From Enoplolaimus lenunculus (lineage: Eukaryota): a stretch of DNA of 64,000 nucleotides. The notes beneath the pieces are model-generated. The model was not told the origin of the DNA, made no database searches, and worked only from the letters and a program-made list of their open reading frames with translations. This document shows positions 28,627-42,200 of this stretch, in pieces. Within the stretch, counting starts at the first letter, position 1; every line of letters starts with the position of its first letter. Position numbers and translations under genes: made by a program. The stretch lies in NCBI GenBank assembly GCA_030248215.1, contig JASANG010003338.1:124001-188000 (forward strand). The letters are read 5' to 3'.

Positions 28627-30111
28627 ACATGTTAAAACGGAAACATGCGGGTTGTGAAAAAGTTTCTTGTATGGTTGGCTTTTCTCGTATGTTATTGGAG
28701 TCGCGGATCATTGCCTTAATAGGAAACGGACTGCAGGTTCCAACAAAATACTGTGGTGCAGAACAGAATTAGTGTGGAAAGTGAAAGTCGAATCATCAAG
28801 TGATTTCCTAACTGGATACAGACCAAAATTAATAATTAGTCCACAAAACAAATTCAGTTTTAAGACTGCTATTAAGTGTGGTGCTGCTGGTTACGTCCAT
28901 TTCGCAACTGTAAGTGAAATTGCAATTAGTTTTACAAAAATTTTGTCGTTCCGCTTTAGCTGTATATATTGGACATTGGTATAATTTTTATGAAAAGAAT
29001 GTCCAAAGCCAAACCCAAGACTTATAAAACTTTTGACACACATTTGATAAAATTAGCAAATCATTTATCTAGGTACCTAAATTTTTTCCACTTATGAATC
29101 TACGTATTACGAGTGTCATAACTAAATTTCCCTTTTGAATATAGTATAAATATATACTACTTGAAATTTAAATTTCTTGTAGTTAGAAATATATTTATGC
29201 AAATGTTCGGTCGGAAACGGAAACGTATAGGATATAATTCATCGTTCGAAATCATTTTGTTACTTAATTTTCTAGTCCGCGAAAATTATGTTATCTGCAT
29301 ATCATATCGTGATATTTGATTTAAATTTGGAATATATGATATTCGCATAAATGCCGCGTGTTGTCATTTGATATTGGCGAGGCACTTGTGTACGACAATC
29401 ACTTGAGAGCAGTGATAGTTTTGGACGCCAATTCGGGTTACCCCATTTGTAAACATGTATATACCTCGCATTTGATGACCGAAATTTTTAGGCTTGATAA
29501 ATTTTTACCACCAAGCAAATTTATATCGAAATTCTGTTTCTTAATTTTGCATCATTTTTGCGCCGGTATTCCTGCCAATGTTAACTTTTAGGGGCGTAGC
29601 ATTACTAATTTATAAATTATGGATCGGATCAGACAAAAGACGATCCGATCCACATCAATAATAAGCCAATTCAGTGAATTCTTATTTTAAAGCTTAAAAC
29701 AGTTAAATGTCTGTGTAATTTTTCATCTAAAGTTCAAATGTTACCCCGAAAATTTGGACTGTTGTGTTTATCTCTAAATGTCCCCTGCATTTTGAAGCAA
29801 AACCTGTCTGCCCATGAGTACCCAAGAGTTAGCAATTTCGGCGTGATGGATGTTTCTGGCTTACAAGTCAATTTTGGCTTGGCCTCAATCAATTGCAACT
29901 TAATAAGGAAACCCTAATTAATAACCTTTTCTAAACCTTGAAAACTTGAGTCTGACATTTTAGTCCAAGGGCTAGAAACAATACACTACAATGCATATCG
30001 TTTGCGTCATTTCATTCACAGTACAGACAATGTCTTAAATGAAAAACAATAGACGCATTCACTCTCTAAAAGCCTAAACAAACTTGATTTTAAGCTTAAG
30101 CGAATTCTGGC

Positions 30112-30564
30112 TACTGTAGTGATCCGAATAAGCGTGGGGGAGGGTAATAGGAGAGGTGGTCTCCATTTGGAGTCCCAATCAATAAGTGTCCATATCCATA
30201 ATAGGAGCCTATAACCAGACAGAGTCCGTAAACCCGAATTAGAGCCCATAAAAGTTAATTATTCCTAATTGCACTGCATAAATGACTCCAGGCTCTAATA
30301 ATTTGAGTTCGAAACATTAAAGCATATTTAAGTGTTGAAAGTACTTACATTCCTAAGTATAACCTTGCATTATCGCTCAAACTTTTGAAACAAGCCAAAT
30401 AAACGTTTAAATCCAAGGGATCGTTGCAATACCAGATATATATCAGTAACGGATTGCGGCCGAGGGCGGGCTAAAATAAACAGTCTGCAACCGAGTAACA
30501 TATGCACCTCTGGAGAAGCCAAATAAATATCAGTCTTCCCCCTCTTATCCGGGTCTCTACAGTA
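30112..30564. mobile_element. TA-flanked MITE with CTGTAGTGACCCG terminal inverted repeats (Tc1/mariner-type TSD), forward copy
   Basis: TA-CTGTAGTGATCCGAATAAG ... CTTATCCGGGTCTCTACAG-TA; five related copies in the window. Confidence 0.85.
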
Positions 30565-32040
30565 CGCATAATTTTTTGGGCTGCACTTGTTACTTAAATT
30601 TAAGTTAAACTCGTCTGATGGCTAAATATTTATAAATTATTTACAAATTTAGTTAAAAGTTGCAAAGTGGGTTCAACAAAACTGAAAATGAGCGAGATTC
30701 TAATGGTGATGTATTGACTGCATATTACCTTTGCTTCCAATGTCTTTAATGAAAGAGTAAGTACTGAGCACGTCAAATTTGCAGAAGGTGAATTGCGATA
30801 ACATCACCGGATCAGCCTTAAGTTCAAAACGTATACCTATCCGGGTTAAAAAGCCGCTTGGTAATGGCACAAACTATGCCCACGATATTTATTGTTTAAT
30901 ATACCTTTGGAAGGTTCAGGCGAAAAAGTCGAGCCGTGTTGCTACAGACACCTCTGGCTGATTAAAAATGTTTTGTATGTCTGTATATGAGGAAAAACGT
31001 TTAACGGTTGTTACTATAAACAAGATGCAACAACAAATGTGACTTCGGCTCCGGCAAAATTTTTGTCGTTCTTTCTGGTACATGCGGTAGCAAAATTTTT
31101 CGTATGTTTTGTAATAACGTTGTACTGCTCAGCTTCGGTATTTGCGTCTAAACTGTAGTGCTTCAAGTAATTGCCGCAATTCTTCAAAAAGTAAAGTTAA
31201 AAACTTATTTTTCGCAGTACTTAAAACATGATTGTTAAAATTTGCAAATTTATCATCGTTTTTATTAATTACTAATTTTCTTTCAGCTCCGGTGCTTCTC
31301 CATCCTTGCCAAAATTGTTTAACCTCTGGTTCCGGCTGTGTTTTTTATTTCCGGTGCCAGGGTATGGTTATACTACGTATACATTTTTGCGTTATATCGT
31401 TATTTTAACATGAAACGGAAAGTGATGCCAAATATTTTGAATTTTGGGCAAAACTGCAACCTCTAGACGTCGTTTTCTATTTTGATTCTGTATCAAAATG
31501 ATTTATGGCCTGCTTTCATGCTTTTTTGTTGCCATTCTAAATGCAAAAATGAAAATTTGAAACGCACACGAGACACCGCGATATAATTTATGGTAATTTT
31601 GTAAAAGCTTAAGATTAAAAATTTAGCATTATATATTTTAGAACGAATTCAGCTTACAGTATTCGCACATGCGCACTGCTGTGAATGCTTGGTTATGAGA
31701 TATATGTTTCTTCCTTCATAGAATATGGCTGAATAAATATTTGTATGCTGAATTCATTTTAAAATCATTGCCTTCATAATGAACACATTGTTGCGCCGAA
31801 CCAGCAATATATGTACCCTGTGTGGTAAAGGAATGCTAAGTATGCGGATTCAATCGAAGTTTTAGTGATATTTTACCTTACAGATGTAAGCAGTGTGTGC
31901 GTTTTTGCTTTTCAAAATTACTTCTATATATGCAAACATTGCAGCAATAAACGCGTTTTCTTGGTTTCAAACCCATTTCAACGCTGAGTTTAAATACGGC
32001 GAATTCTGTTAGTTTGGTTGGGTATGTGAAGTAATATATA

Positions 32041-32231
32041 TGACGTGTTCCAATCTCCTATTCAGGCCAAATAGCGATTGTGAGATGTCACAAAACACTG
32101 GAGTAAAATCTGATTGCTCGAGCGCAGGCCAAACTTTATGTTACATCAGATTGGCCTACGACATACACAAAGCGCAGTGTTTAAAAATTAGTATTCGTCG
32201 TTCTTGATTGTGTTTAAAACCAAAGGTAAAG
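32041..32231 (+). promoter_or_regulatory. Candidate promoter and short non-coding first exon of the synaptotagmin gene
   Basis: TGACGT (32041), CCAAT (32050), ATTGG (32150), Inr-like TTAGT (32188), donor-like AAG|GTAAAG (32226). Motif inference only. Confidence 0.3.
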
Positions 32232-34881
32232 CCATAAAGTCTTAAAAATTGATTTGTTGAATTTTGTAATCAAACGATTGCAGATTCCATTTACCAAGTA
32301 AAACTAGTAGATTACTGACGCCAGAATTGAACATTATTAGCTTAAAATTGCGCAGCCGGAAGTGACGAAAATAGACGCTAATTTTACCGGAAACAGAAAC
32401 AGATATGAGGCAGATACACTTTATTTTAACTGCCTAATTTCGCCTCCAGTCCTGTTTCACCTCCGGCTCCGACAATTCGCACTTGTATACACTCTGGTCA
32501 CATGCAGAAGTGCAAATCGGGTAATTTGTGACGTACGCATGAACCCACAATTACCCATGAAGAGTTCCTATCTAACCCATGCGAATAAGACTCATCACGA
32601 CCAAAGTCTTTTAAATTTGCTTCAACAGCATAAAACAAAACACTCATGCCAAACTGAAATTTATGATATTGTACGCCGTGGAATTATATTTAAGATATAA
32701 TAATCAAATCCTTACAAATCACACTGGATAAAGTTTGACGCGGGCCAGCCGTGAACCATTTAGATTCCCAAAATATAAACATGTGACCCATTGACCCATA
32801 TGTCCAACTGTGCTTTACAAGGCTACGGCACATAGTTCTTATGTATTTTACTGGCATTATTTTCTGACCACAGTGAACACCAATTGAATTACTAATTATT
32901 TATCTTTAGCCTAACATTTGTCATTCACAATTACCACGCGCGATAGCGTTGAGATAATATTTTGTGTCTCACCATATAAAAGCGCTTTATATATGTATAC
33001 CCAGTAGTATATGTTTTTAGTGCCATTTTTAATGATTAGTATTTGAAATATTGAAATGGTCGTACCTGGGCTTTTTATTCGATTTCAATCCGCTTTTGTT
33101 ACATTTTATGTACAATTTGAGAAATATGACGTTCCATGTGCTCAGATATGTATCTATAAAGGCCTGTCCTTTTTTCTCTATAGTATTTTTGAGGCCGCTG
33201 AGAGACCGTGTTTAACTATAATTCAAGATGATATGTTTTGGTTACTGTTTTTAATCCTACAACGACTGCGGTGTTATTAATATTAGACGGAGAAGCCGCT
33301 AATAACAGAAAAAGTTGAAACCCGTTTATTGTTTACCATGAAGTAGTGATGGATACAGAACGATGAGTTGAACTAAATGGCGTTATAATTTTGTTGAACT
33401 GATTTCTGAATTTCTTCTCAACAACACTACTATCCTTCCGACAAACTGGGCATAAGTGGCATAAGAATACAGAACAGGTTTTTACCACACTTTGGGAACT
33501 GTGTGTCAAATCGAACTATATAAGCATAACAGTCAATATCATTCAAATCATAACTTTTCAACCATTTTTACGCGTAACTTTAATTGATATCAAAAGGGAC
33601 AGTTTTTGGTTTCAAATGCTTTGAAGAAGTCATGTGGTTTTTGAGGCTGAGCTGAGTTTACCGTATGGATGAAGGACTACAATTATAGTACTTACTAAAC
33701 GTTATTGCACAGCTGCAATTCGAATATTTGGATATATTTCTTCAGTGACACGTATCAGATATATTTAATTTTGGAATGTTCGGTGACCAACTCTATATAC
33801 GCTGAAGCTAGACAAACAGGTTATCTCTTGGTATTTGAGGCAAGCCCATGTTCATGCTTGATTCATTTTTACTTCTTCACTTCAATGTCTCGAGATAGTG
33901 AGTCTAACTTCAGCGTATTTATTGGCCGTGTTTAGAATAAACAAGCGTGGTTTGCATTGAAAAACTACAATAAAACTTTGTTAAAACTTGTCCGGAGACA
34001 TTTTTCTAACTTTCCACCAAATGTTCTATAATCAAACCCAACAAAGTTTGGCGCCATAATTCAGCTTGTAGTATTTCTTTATCCAATAGTAACATCGAAA
34101 TGTAAACCTTTAAAATGAGTTGCGTTGAATAATAAAAAACTTTGAAATTGTCAGAGGCAGTCGTAGCAAAAACCGCAGGCGCCTCTGTTAATAATCTGTA
34201 CTGGAATTTCGCTGTGAAAAATTGCTGAGTTTTGCACACTTTAATTTGAAAATGTGCTCTGAGGGTTTATATGAAAGTTTGCTGCTTCCGGGGTACATAT
34301 ATATTTTTTTTGAATAAATGCTGCTTCCAGGGAACATATCTATATGAAAATATTTCCGCTCCCGGGGCACATCTTTATATGAAAATATGCCCATATTGTT
34401 AGTGTTGTGCAGTTACCACTTTGTAATGGCTGACCACCTCCTGTTTCATACTAGTATTATCCCATAAGCTTTAATTGAAGACAGTTTACCGCATTGTTTC
34501 TAAATATTTTATATACATCTTTGCAAAATTTTGCCAATCACTCTCCCTTTATGCAATTAACACAACGAAACATTTAATGATCAAAATATTGGCCCATGCT
34601 AGGCTTAGTTCCGTCCTGCTGTCCCGTTACAACAAGCAAGTGTACAGCGTAGGCAAAACTAACGATCAAAACATGCATGCTTACGTATAAATTTATTTAT
34701 ACTCAATAAACAGGGGCGTAGCCAGCGGTTTTCAGTTTTCAACTGCTCACCGTTTGGGATTTTAATTTTATATATCATTGGAACAGCTAAAAGTTGTAAT
34801 GCGGTATATAACTGTTTTTGGCGTTTTAGTGTTAGAATTGTTTAATGTTTGGGACTTGAAGGCGACATCCCCCTTCCTGTA

Positions 34882-35091
34882 TACACTGTAAAAATGGGGA
34901 GTCAAATTGACTCTCTCGGAAATAGGCTTTTCTTGACTACACAAACAGTCAAATTCGACTCCGCCAGAGTCAAACGTGCGACATAATCAATCGAATTTGA
35001 CTCTGATGAAGTCGAATTTGACTCAGGTTGTGTAGTCAGGAGAAGCCTATTTCCGAGAAAGTCAATTTGACTCCCCATTTTTAACAGTGTA
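34882..35091. mobile_element. Fold-back MITE with CACTG termini (CACTA/EnSpm-like ends, TA flanks)
   Basis: TA-CACTGTAAAAATGGGGAGTCAAATTGACT ... AGTCAATTTGACTCCCCATTTTTAACAGTG-TA; arms stay complementary for roughly 90 nt. Confidence 0.85.
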
Positions 35092-35397
35092 GGGTCTCTT
35101 GAATTACATGGATTTGGGGGAAGTAGGCTAGTAAATTTATGTATATAAAATAGCCAAGGGTGTGGCTAGGGTTTTTTCATCTGTCAACTAGGCCCGTTTG
35201 GGCTTAGGAATTTAGTTGAGTATACTGTGTTCGTTAACCTACTCCTAAAAATTTTGTATCCGGCTCTATTTACATTACATCTATATATTTCTGAAATTTT
35301 GCGGAAATTACTCCTGACCCGTTAATAAAATTTGAAACAGTAGGCACAACTCGCAGCTATCACAAACAAACAAAAGTTAAACCTAAAACTAACTTCA

Positions 35398-35668
35398 TTA
35401 ACCCTTTCTCACATGAATATTTTCTATTCCCCTGAGACCTACTTTTATGCTAGGATTCGAACTCCAGTGACTGGAGTGGGAGGCGTATATCATCACCACT
35501 CAGCTATAGGAGCTTGACCCTCGAGCCCGAGGGGGCTCTCACGTCTTGTGGTGATTTAGTACTATGTATACGTGTTGCAATTGTTAAACACGGTGCGATA
35601 TATACTATTTAACGTTTATACACTGCGCTGGAGTTGCCTACAGGCAACTCAATGTGAGAAGGGGTTAT
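35398..35668. mobile_element. piggyBac-type (TTAA) MITE, copy 2 (same orientation as copy 1)
   Basis: Aligns along its length to 28352-28626; left flank TTAA, right flank TTAT. Confidence 0.85.
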
Positions 35669-35817
35669 AGATAGTAAACTGAAAATTTTTCGCTTAATAT
35701 TCAACTTTAGCTATAAAACTTTTACTTTTTAAAGTCTAGCTAGCAAATTCAATTCGTTTTCAAAACTGTCGTAAAACCGAATCAAACACTGTGCTATAAT
35801 CCAGCATTAGTTCTACG

Positions 35818-36073
35818 TACACTGCAGATTCCAGTGCGTTGATTTTAACTCGGAATGAGTTGAATCCGCTCAGAAGCCTGAGCGCTGAATTAGATCTTTC
35901 AAAACTCAGAATTCTGAATTGATTGAACTCATTCTGAGATGATTAATATACTCACCCGGAAATAAAGCAGCTCAGAGCGAATTGATGTTTCCTGCTATAA
36001 ACTCAGAAATAAACCAGATATGACTAATTCACTCTCTGAGCTAATTAATCAACTCATCGGAATTTGCAGGGTA
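35818..36073. mobile_element. Degenerate MITE with CACTG/CCCTG ends
   Basis: TA-CACTGCAGATTCC ... GGAATTTGCAGGG-TA imperfect TIR; internal AACTCAG/CTGAG sub-repeats. Confidence 0.55.
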
Positions 36074-36236
36074 GGGTAAAAACGACAGCTTCAATATTAA
36101 TGTCCCGTATCAACATTTCGCAACCAGGTGCAACAAAATAACACTTTAACTAATGCCCATTGCAACTATATATTACGCTACTTAGCAACGAAGAGTTTAA
36201 ACATTCCAATGCGACACCAAATTGCGAATAGCGACC

Positions 36237-39200
36237 ATGACACTGCTATCTGCATCGGAAAAAGTTTACATTCTAATTGGTTGCGCAGGGCTTGTAACGG
36301 GTACGTTCATCATTATGATATGCAAAGTTTTACCGTGCTGTTGGTTAACAAGAGCACAGCAGGATACGATCGAAGAGAAGAGCAAAAAATCAACGACTAT
36401 CACGGGCGACACATCAATCGTTGACCGCCGCGGTAAGAATTAAAGTGATTTAAAATTGCAATTCGACTCGGAAACCTTGAAAAGTGAAAAATAGAACCGC
36501 ATACATTTTTTGGTTGGTAAGGGACATTGGAAATGTATTAAGTACATTTCCAACGACGGAAAAAGTGGAACCTAATTAGCGTCCACAAATGTCAATTATC
36601 CCTAATTGAAGCACATTAATGACTAGTGGACCAAATAACCTTGAGTTCGAAATTTTAAAATGCACTTAAGTTTTGAAAGCAACATTCCAATGTAAAACCT
36701 TGAATTATCGCTCAAGCTTTTGATGCAAGCCAAAAAACGTTTAATTCATCGGATAGTTGCAATACCGGATATATATCAGTAAGGAAGAATGGCGGAGGAT
36801 TGGTTGAAAATATATAACAGTCCGTAACCGAATAACAAGGGGGGTTCCCTCTGGACAGACCAAATAAATATCAGTCCCCCATCTAATTCGGGTCACTACA
36901 GTATGGTTCTTTTGCTTGGTATGAAAAATCCGAAGTATGGGCGAAATGCAGAAAATGGGAAAGTTTAAACTCAAACGTTTATGTATTCGCGGTTTTAGTA
37001 GACAAAACATGAAGTGAGGAGTTTTTTGAAAACGGAAAACTGAAAATTCAAAAGCCTAGGAATTTCCCGGTTGGTATGCAAAATGGAAAAGCTGAAAACT
37101 CAAACAATTAGGTATTTCTCGGTTTTGTAGGCAAAATCTCAAGCGAGTAGTTTGTTTCAAAAACGAAACAAGTGGGAAATTCGAAAGCCTGGTTTTTCCT
37201 ACCTTAGTATGAAAAACCTGAGGCATGGATTTTGTTTGGAAAGAGGGAAAAATAAAAAATTTAAACAAATAGGTCTTCTCTATGCATGCTTCAGATGGAA
37301 AATTCGAAGTCTACGTGTCCTTCAGTCTGGCAAGCAAAATATCTCTTTCCGCACTTTAGCTCGTACAACTGTCCATTTTTCTCGGCATATTGTCTCGAGT
37401 GTTCCGTTAAAAATGTAAGGGGTTTAAGGAAGCGGCAGCTTTCGTAGAAATAATATGAAAAACAATTTTCTATGTGGGGTTCCACTTTTTCTTCTATTTT
37501 CCGCACATTATCGATACTTCCAATATTCCTTACTAAGCCGGGAGCAAACCTAGGTATTTGAATTTTCCACTTTTCCCGCTTTTCAAATAAAGCCTAAGCT
37601 TGTGTTTTATTTACCAGACCAGGGTAATTCTAGCGTGTCATAGAGGACTCCCTGTGCCGCACTTTTGGCTATGGCTTTTCCACTTTGTGAACGGGAAGCT
37701 CTTGTTCTAAACATGAGCCACAGTTCAGGCTTACATAAATGGCAACCTCAAGTACACTTGGTATTTTATTCCACTGCAACAAGTGTTTACATGTTTTCAT
37801 TTGCAGAGTTTGCCGGCCATCGAAAATACTCATCGAAGAATAATGAACCAAAACCCGCATATTACAGGAAACATACCATACCATTAACAATCACTACACC
37901 GCCAACTCCAGTGCTTGGCAATTTTCCTCGTTTTACTTTGCAGAGTTCGAATTGTTTACCAACCGCAGCAGGTGAGTTGTAAAACAACCGTTGTTGGTTT
38001 TGTGTGCCAAATATCTTATCAGTTGTTGCTGTATTTTCTTTAATAATTAAACGTCTAAAAATGCAAAAAATACCTTCTATTATTTAACCCCTTCTCACAT
38101 AGTTGCCTATAGGCAACTCAGCGCAGTGTATATACCATATGCGTTAAATAATATATATCACACGGTGTTTAATAATTGCAACACGTATACATAGTACTAA
38201 ATCACCACAAGACGTGAGAGCCCCCTCGGGCTTGAGCGTCAAGCTCCTATAGCTGAGTGGTGTTGGTATACGCCTGCCACTCCAATAACTGGAGTTCGAA
38301 TCCAAGCATAAATGTAGGTCTCAGGGGAAATAGAAAATATTCATGTGAGAAAGGGTTAATCCTATTTCATATCAATCTCGGGCGTATCCAGGGTTGGGTA
38401 CCGAAACGCCCAGTGGAAAAAAACGGATTTTTTCCAATTTTTATTATCGTTTTCAGTGAAGGAATAATAAACGCTAAAACGGGAAAAAAATTTTATAAAA
38501 ATACAGTAATTTTAGCAAAGTACTATTTTGAATTTAAAACAATCGCAGCATCTATATTTTTAAATTTTGTTGCTTTTGTTTGATGGAACATTCCCAGCTG
38601 TGTAATGCGTTAGTTCAGAACCCAACTTGTGATTAAATTCGTGTGTGTAACAATGAAGCTGCAAATCCTACAAGAACATTTTTGCCAAACTGAAACCCAC
38701 AAGTTTGTTGCCAACTTTGGCAAATGCCATTTTTAGGCACCTGACACTTGTAGTGTGTACCCAATGCTTAACCCATGCTTGTATCAAACCGGTTACTATC
38801 AGTTTAAACCAGTGTTCGTACAAAACCAGTTTTCCTAATTTACTTTTCAGTAGGTTTGCGCATAGTCATAACGAAAACGAACGCAAAGTGCGTAATTGAA
38901 TTAACAAACTACGAAATAACATAGAACTACTATTACATTCTAAAATCAATGTTAAAATCATATACAGTTCAAATCAAATCAAGTTGATTAATATAGAATT
39001 GTGAAACTATTGTTAGAAACCGTTCCTCGCATTCCAATGCGCTACGGTACAACACAGTCACCAGAGCAAAGACTGACACCTCGAAGTATATCAGCACAAA
39101 GGCGAAGCTTACGCAGTTTATATTCCTTACCCAATTATCTGTCAACGTCGATGTCTGTATCGGAAACGTCGGAACCGGAGGTGAGAAATTTGAATTGTTC

Positions 39201-42200
39201 TTCTAAACGAAGATGACCACACTGCAAAAAATGGTGAGTCACAAGCCTATTTCGGAGAAAGACAAGCGCGATGTACGCCAAAACCTCAAGAAATCAATCT
39301 GCTTTCCGGCAGTCCTGTGGAATTAAATGCCTAAAAACACTGCAAGGGTCTCTACGGATAAAAGGATCAAATTTTGTATGTTAAATTCGCTGAACACGGG
39401 TTTACACGTTTTCTGAGAAATTTGTAGCGATTTCCCTTCTCAATAAGTTTAAGATCACGGGCAAAAACCGACTAATGACAACGTTGGTCGACCTCCGTTC
39501 TGGACAAGTGTTCCGGTAAAGCCAAATCGATGTCACGAAAAAAGTGCCACTCCCGCACTCCCACCAGGAAAAAGTGGCCCTGCGGCCAATTTTCAATTTT
39601 TTTTACTGCAAAATACGCCAGCACTATACTTTTTACCGGGAAAAAGTGTCCCCACTGAAAAAAGTGGCCCCAAATTTTAGATCGTGGACACTTTTTGATG
39701 GAAAAAGGTGGCCTCCAATAAAAAAATCAGCGAACTGGATTGGCGTCAAGAAAACAGTTAACGTCTGTCTTCTTAATCCGTACATAGCGCAAACGAACGG
39801 AGGTGAAGATGTAAAATTTGTGCGAGAAGTAATAGAATTAAATCGTATTTTCAACGCTACAACCATTAAGGAGACGCAGCGAAGCGCAGCTTTCAGACTC
39901 GTATGCATTCACTGGCGCAGAGAGTAATGATTTGGCAGTGCCGAAGCAGACAGAGGTGCAGGCTCCCCTCAACCTCCAGAGTGTGTGGCCCCCAAACTCG
40001 CGAGTGAAGCAACGAGTAGCCATTTGCATTTCAAAACTTCGGCGATTTTTGTTTCAACTGGTTCCCCCCAAATGGGGGAAATGAAGGTGGCTGCTCCGCC
40101 ATGTGACTTGGTAATATGAAACATACTTGTTCAAAAAATGTCACAAACGCCACTTTCCGAAATGATTGAAAAATATTTGAACGAAAATGTGGATAAGTAT
40201 ATTACATAAACCAACATGAGTGATTGAGAACTTGGGCAACCGATGCCTTTAATTGTAACTAGCTACTGTATAAATCGCTGCCAATGACATTGAGATATTT
40301 AGAAAATATACATAACTTTTGCAGTGGCAGCGTTATCATTGAAAAAAGTGTAACACGTCTGCGATATATGTGGAAAACAACAGTTGAAACCATTTTAATA
40401 TCGTGAAAAATAAGCAACGAAAGTGACAAAAATCGAGAGGGCTGGCGGGTAGCGGGATGCACTCTGAGTTGGGTCCACGATCCACGTTTAGGTATATGGT
40501 TGTATGGCAGAAACATATCATTTTCAGAAGGTCATGAGTGACTACTTTCTCCAGGAAGAAGTGCCGTGACTAATTTGGAAAGGGGCCACTTTTATCTAAA
40601 GGGGTCCACCATTCCCTGGAAAAAATATCTGGGGACCATAGTTTTCCGGAAAAAGTAGCCGAAAGGCCATACACTTTTTTGTGACCCGGGTTCGGCCAAG
40701 ACGGCAAGTGGTCCGATCCGGTGTTTTTGCGGCCCGGTACACATCCACTAAATCAAAGTATAATATAGCGTATTTGAAATTGAAGTGTAACCTCAAAATA
40801 CCTAAACCAAATTAGCAACTTTGAATTCTCGTTTAACTACATCACCGTCCGTCGAGCGTCCAAGCCAACTTCGGCTTGGTAACTTTGATATCTACATTTT
40901 CTTGTGTTACTGTCTTGGACTTATAAATATCTAACAAACAATGTAACATCTGACAAATTAAGTGGTCATGTTTGGAATAAATTAGATGTAAACATGACTG
41001 TATTTTACTGCCATTTTCACACTGCATTCATTTAATTGGTTGTGTTACGAAATCGTTCTCAACCCTGATACATGAAGCAGCCACACGCCCACAAACGTCA
41101 CACACACACACAACAGAATATTCGGTACATTCTAGAAAATTTTGACCAACTCTGCGTTTGCTCATAAAACAGCAGCAAAACTAATACAGTGCAAGCATCT
41201 ACACAGTCAGAGGAAATATCTACTCATAGCTGCATTTCTCTGCCGCCCATAAACTGAAAACTACTATACTGTAGTGACCCGTATGAGAGGGGAATGATAT
41301 TTATTTGGCCTCTTCAGAGGGCACCCCCCTGTTATTCGGTTACGGACTGTTATTATTTCAACCCGCCCTCCGCCACCATTCGTTAAGGGTACATATCCGG
41401 TTTTGTAATTATCTGATGAATAAGCGTTTATTTGTCTTGTATCGTAGCATGAGCGACAATGCAAAGTTGTACTTTGATTGAAATATGCTTTCAAATGTTA
41501 AGGTATGCTTTAAGGTTTCGAACTGAACTTTATTTGGTCCTGGAGTTGTTTATGTACTAAAATTAGGGATAATTGACATTTATGGAGTCTAATTAGGGTT
41601 TAGGGACTCCATCCGCTTACAGAGAATTAAGCGTTTATTTGTCTTGTATCATAAGCCTTAGCGACAATGCAAGGTTGTACTTAGAAATATACTTTCAAAA
41701 CTTAAGTATGCTTTAAGGTTTTGAACTCAACTTTATTTGGTCCTGGATTTGTTTATGTACTACACTTAGGGATAATTGACATTTATGGAGTCTAATTATG
41801 GTTTAGGGACTCCATCCGCTTACGGACTCATTAGCGATACGGACGCCTATTGATTGCGGTTCAAAATGAGGACCCCCTGTTATCCGGGTCACTACAGTAC
41901 TGCAGCTATACTATTGTCGTTGTTAATTTAGATTCATTTCTCTCAGCAAGTATCTAATGCTGTATGCAAATTTTTACAATCCTACCGTTGTCGCTGCTAA
42001 TTATATTTATTCGCGACATCGCCTCAGCGGGGTAGTGTTTAGTTGGCTGGCTGTTCGGTTAATAATTTATTTTCCTACTGTAGTGACCCGAATAAGAGGG
42101 GTGTTATAAGAGGGGGTCTCCATTTTGAGTACCAATCAATAGGAGGCCGTACCCTAATATGAGTCCGTAAGCGGATAGGGTCCTAAACCCGAATTATAGT

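Noticed and set aside
27000..36200. Additional protein-coding gene between VPS13D and synaptotagmin
   Set aside because: Only short ORFs without homology or consistent splice structure; the region is dominated by repeats.
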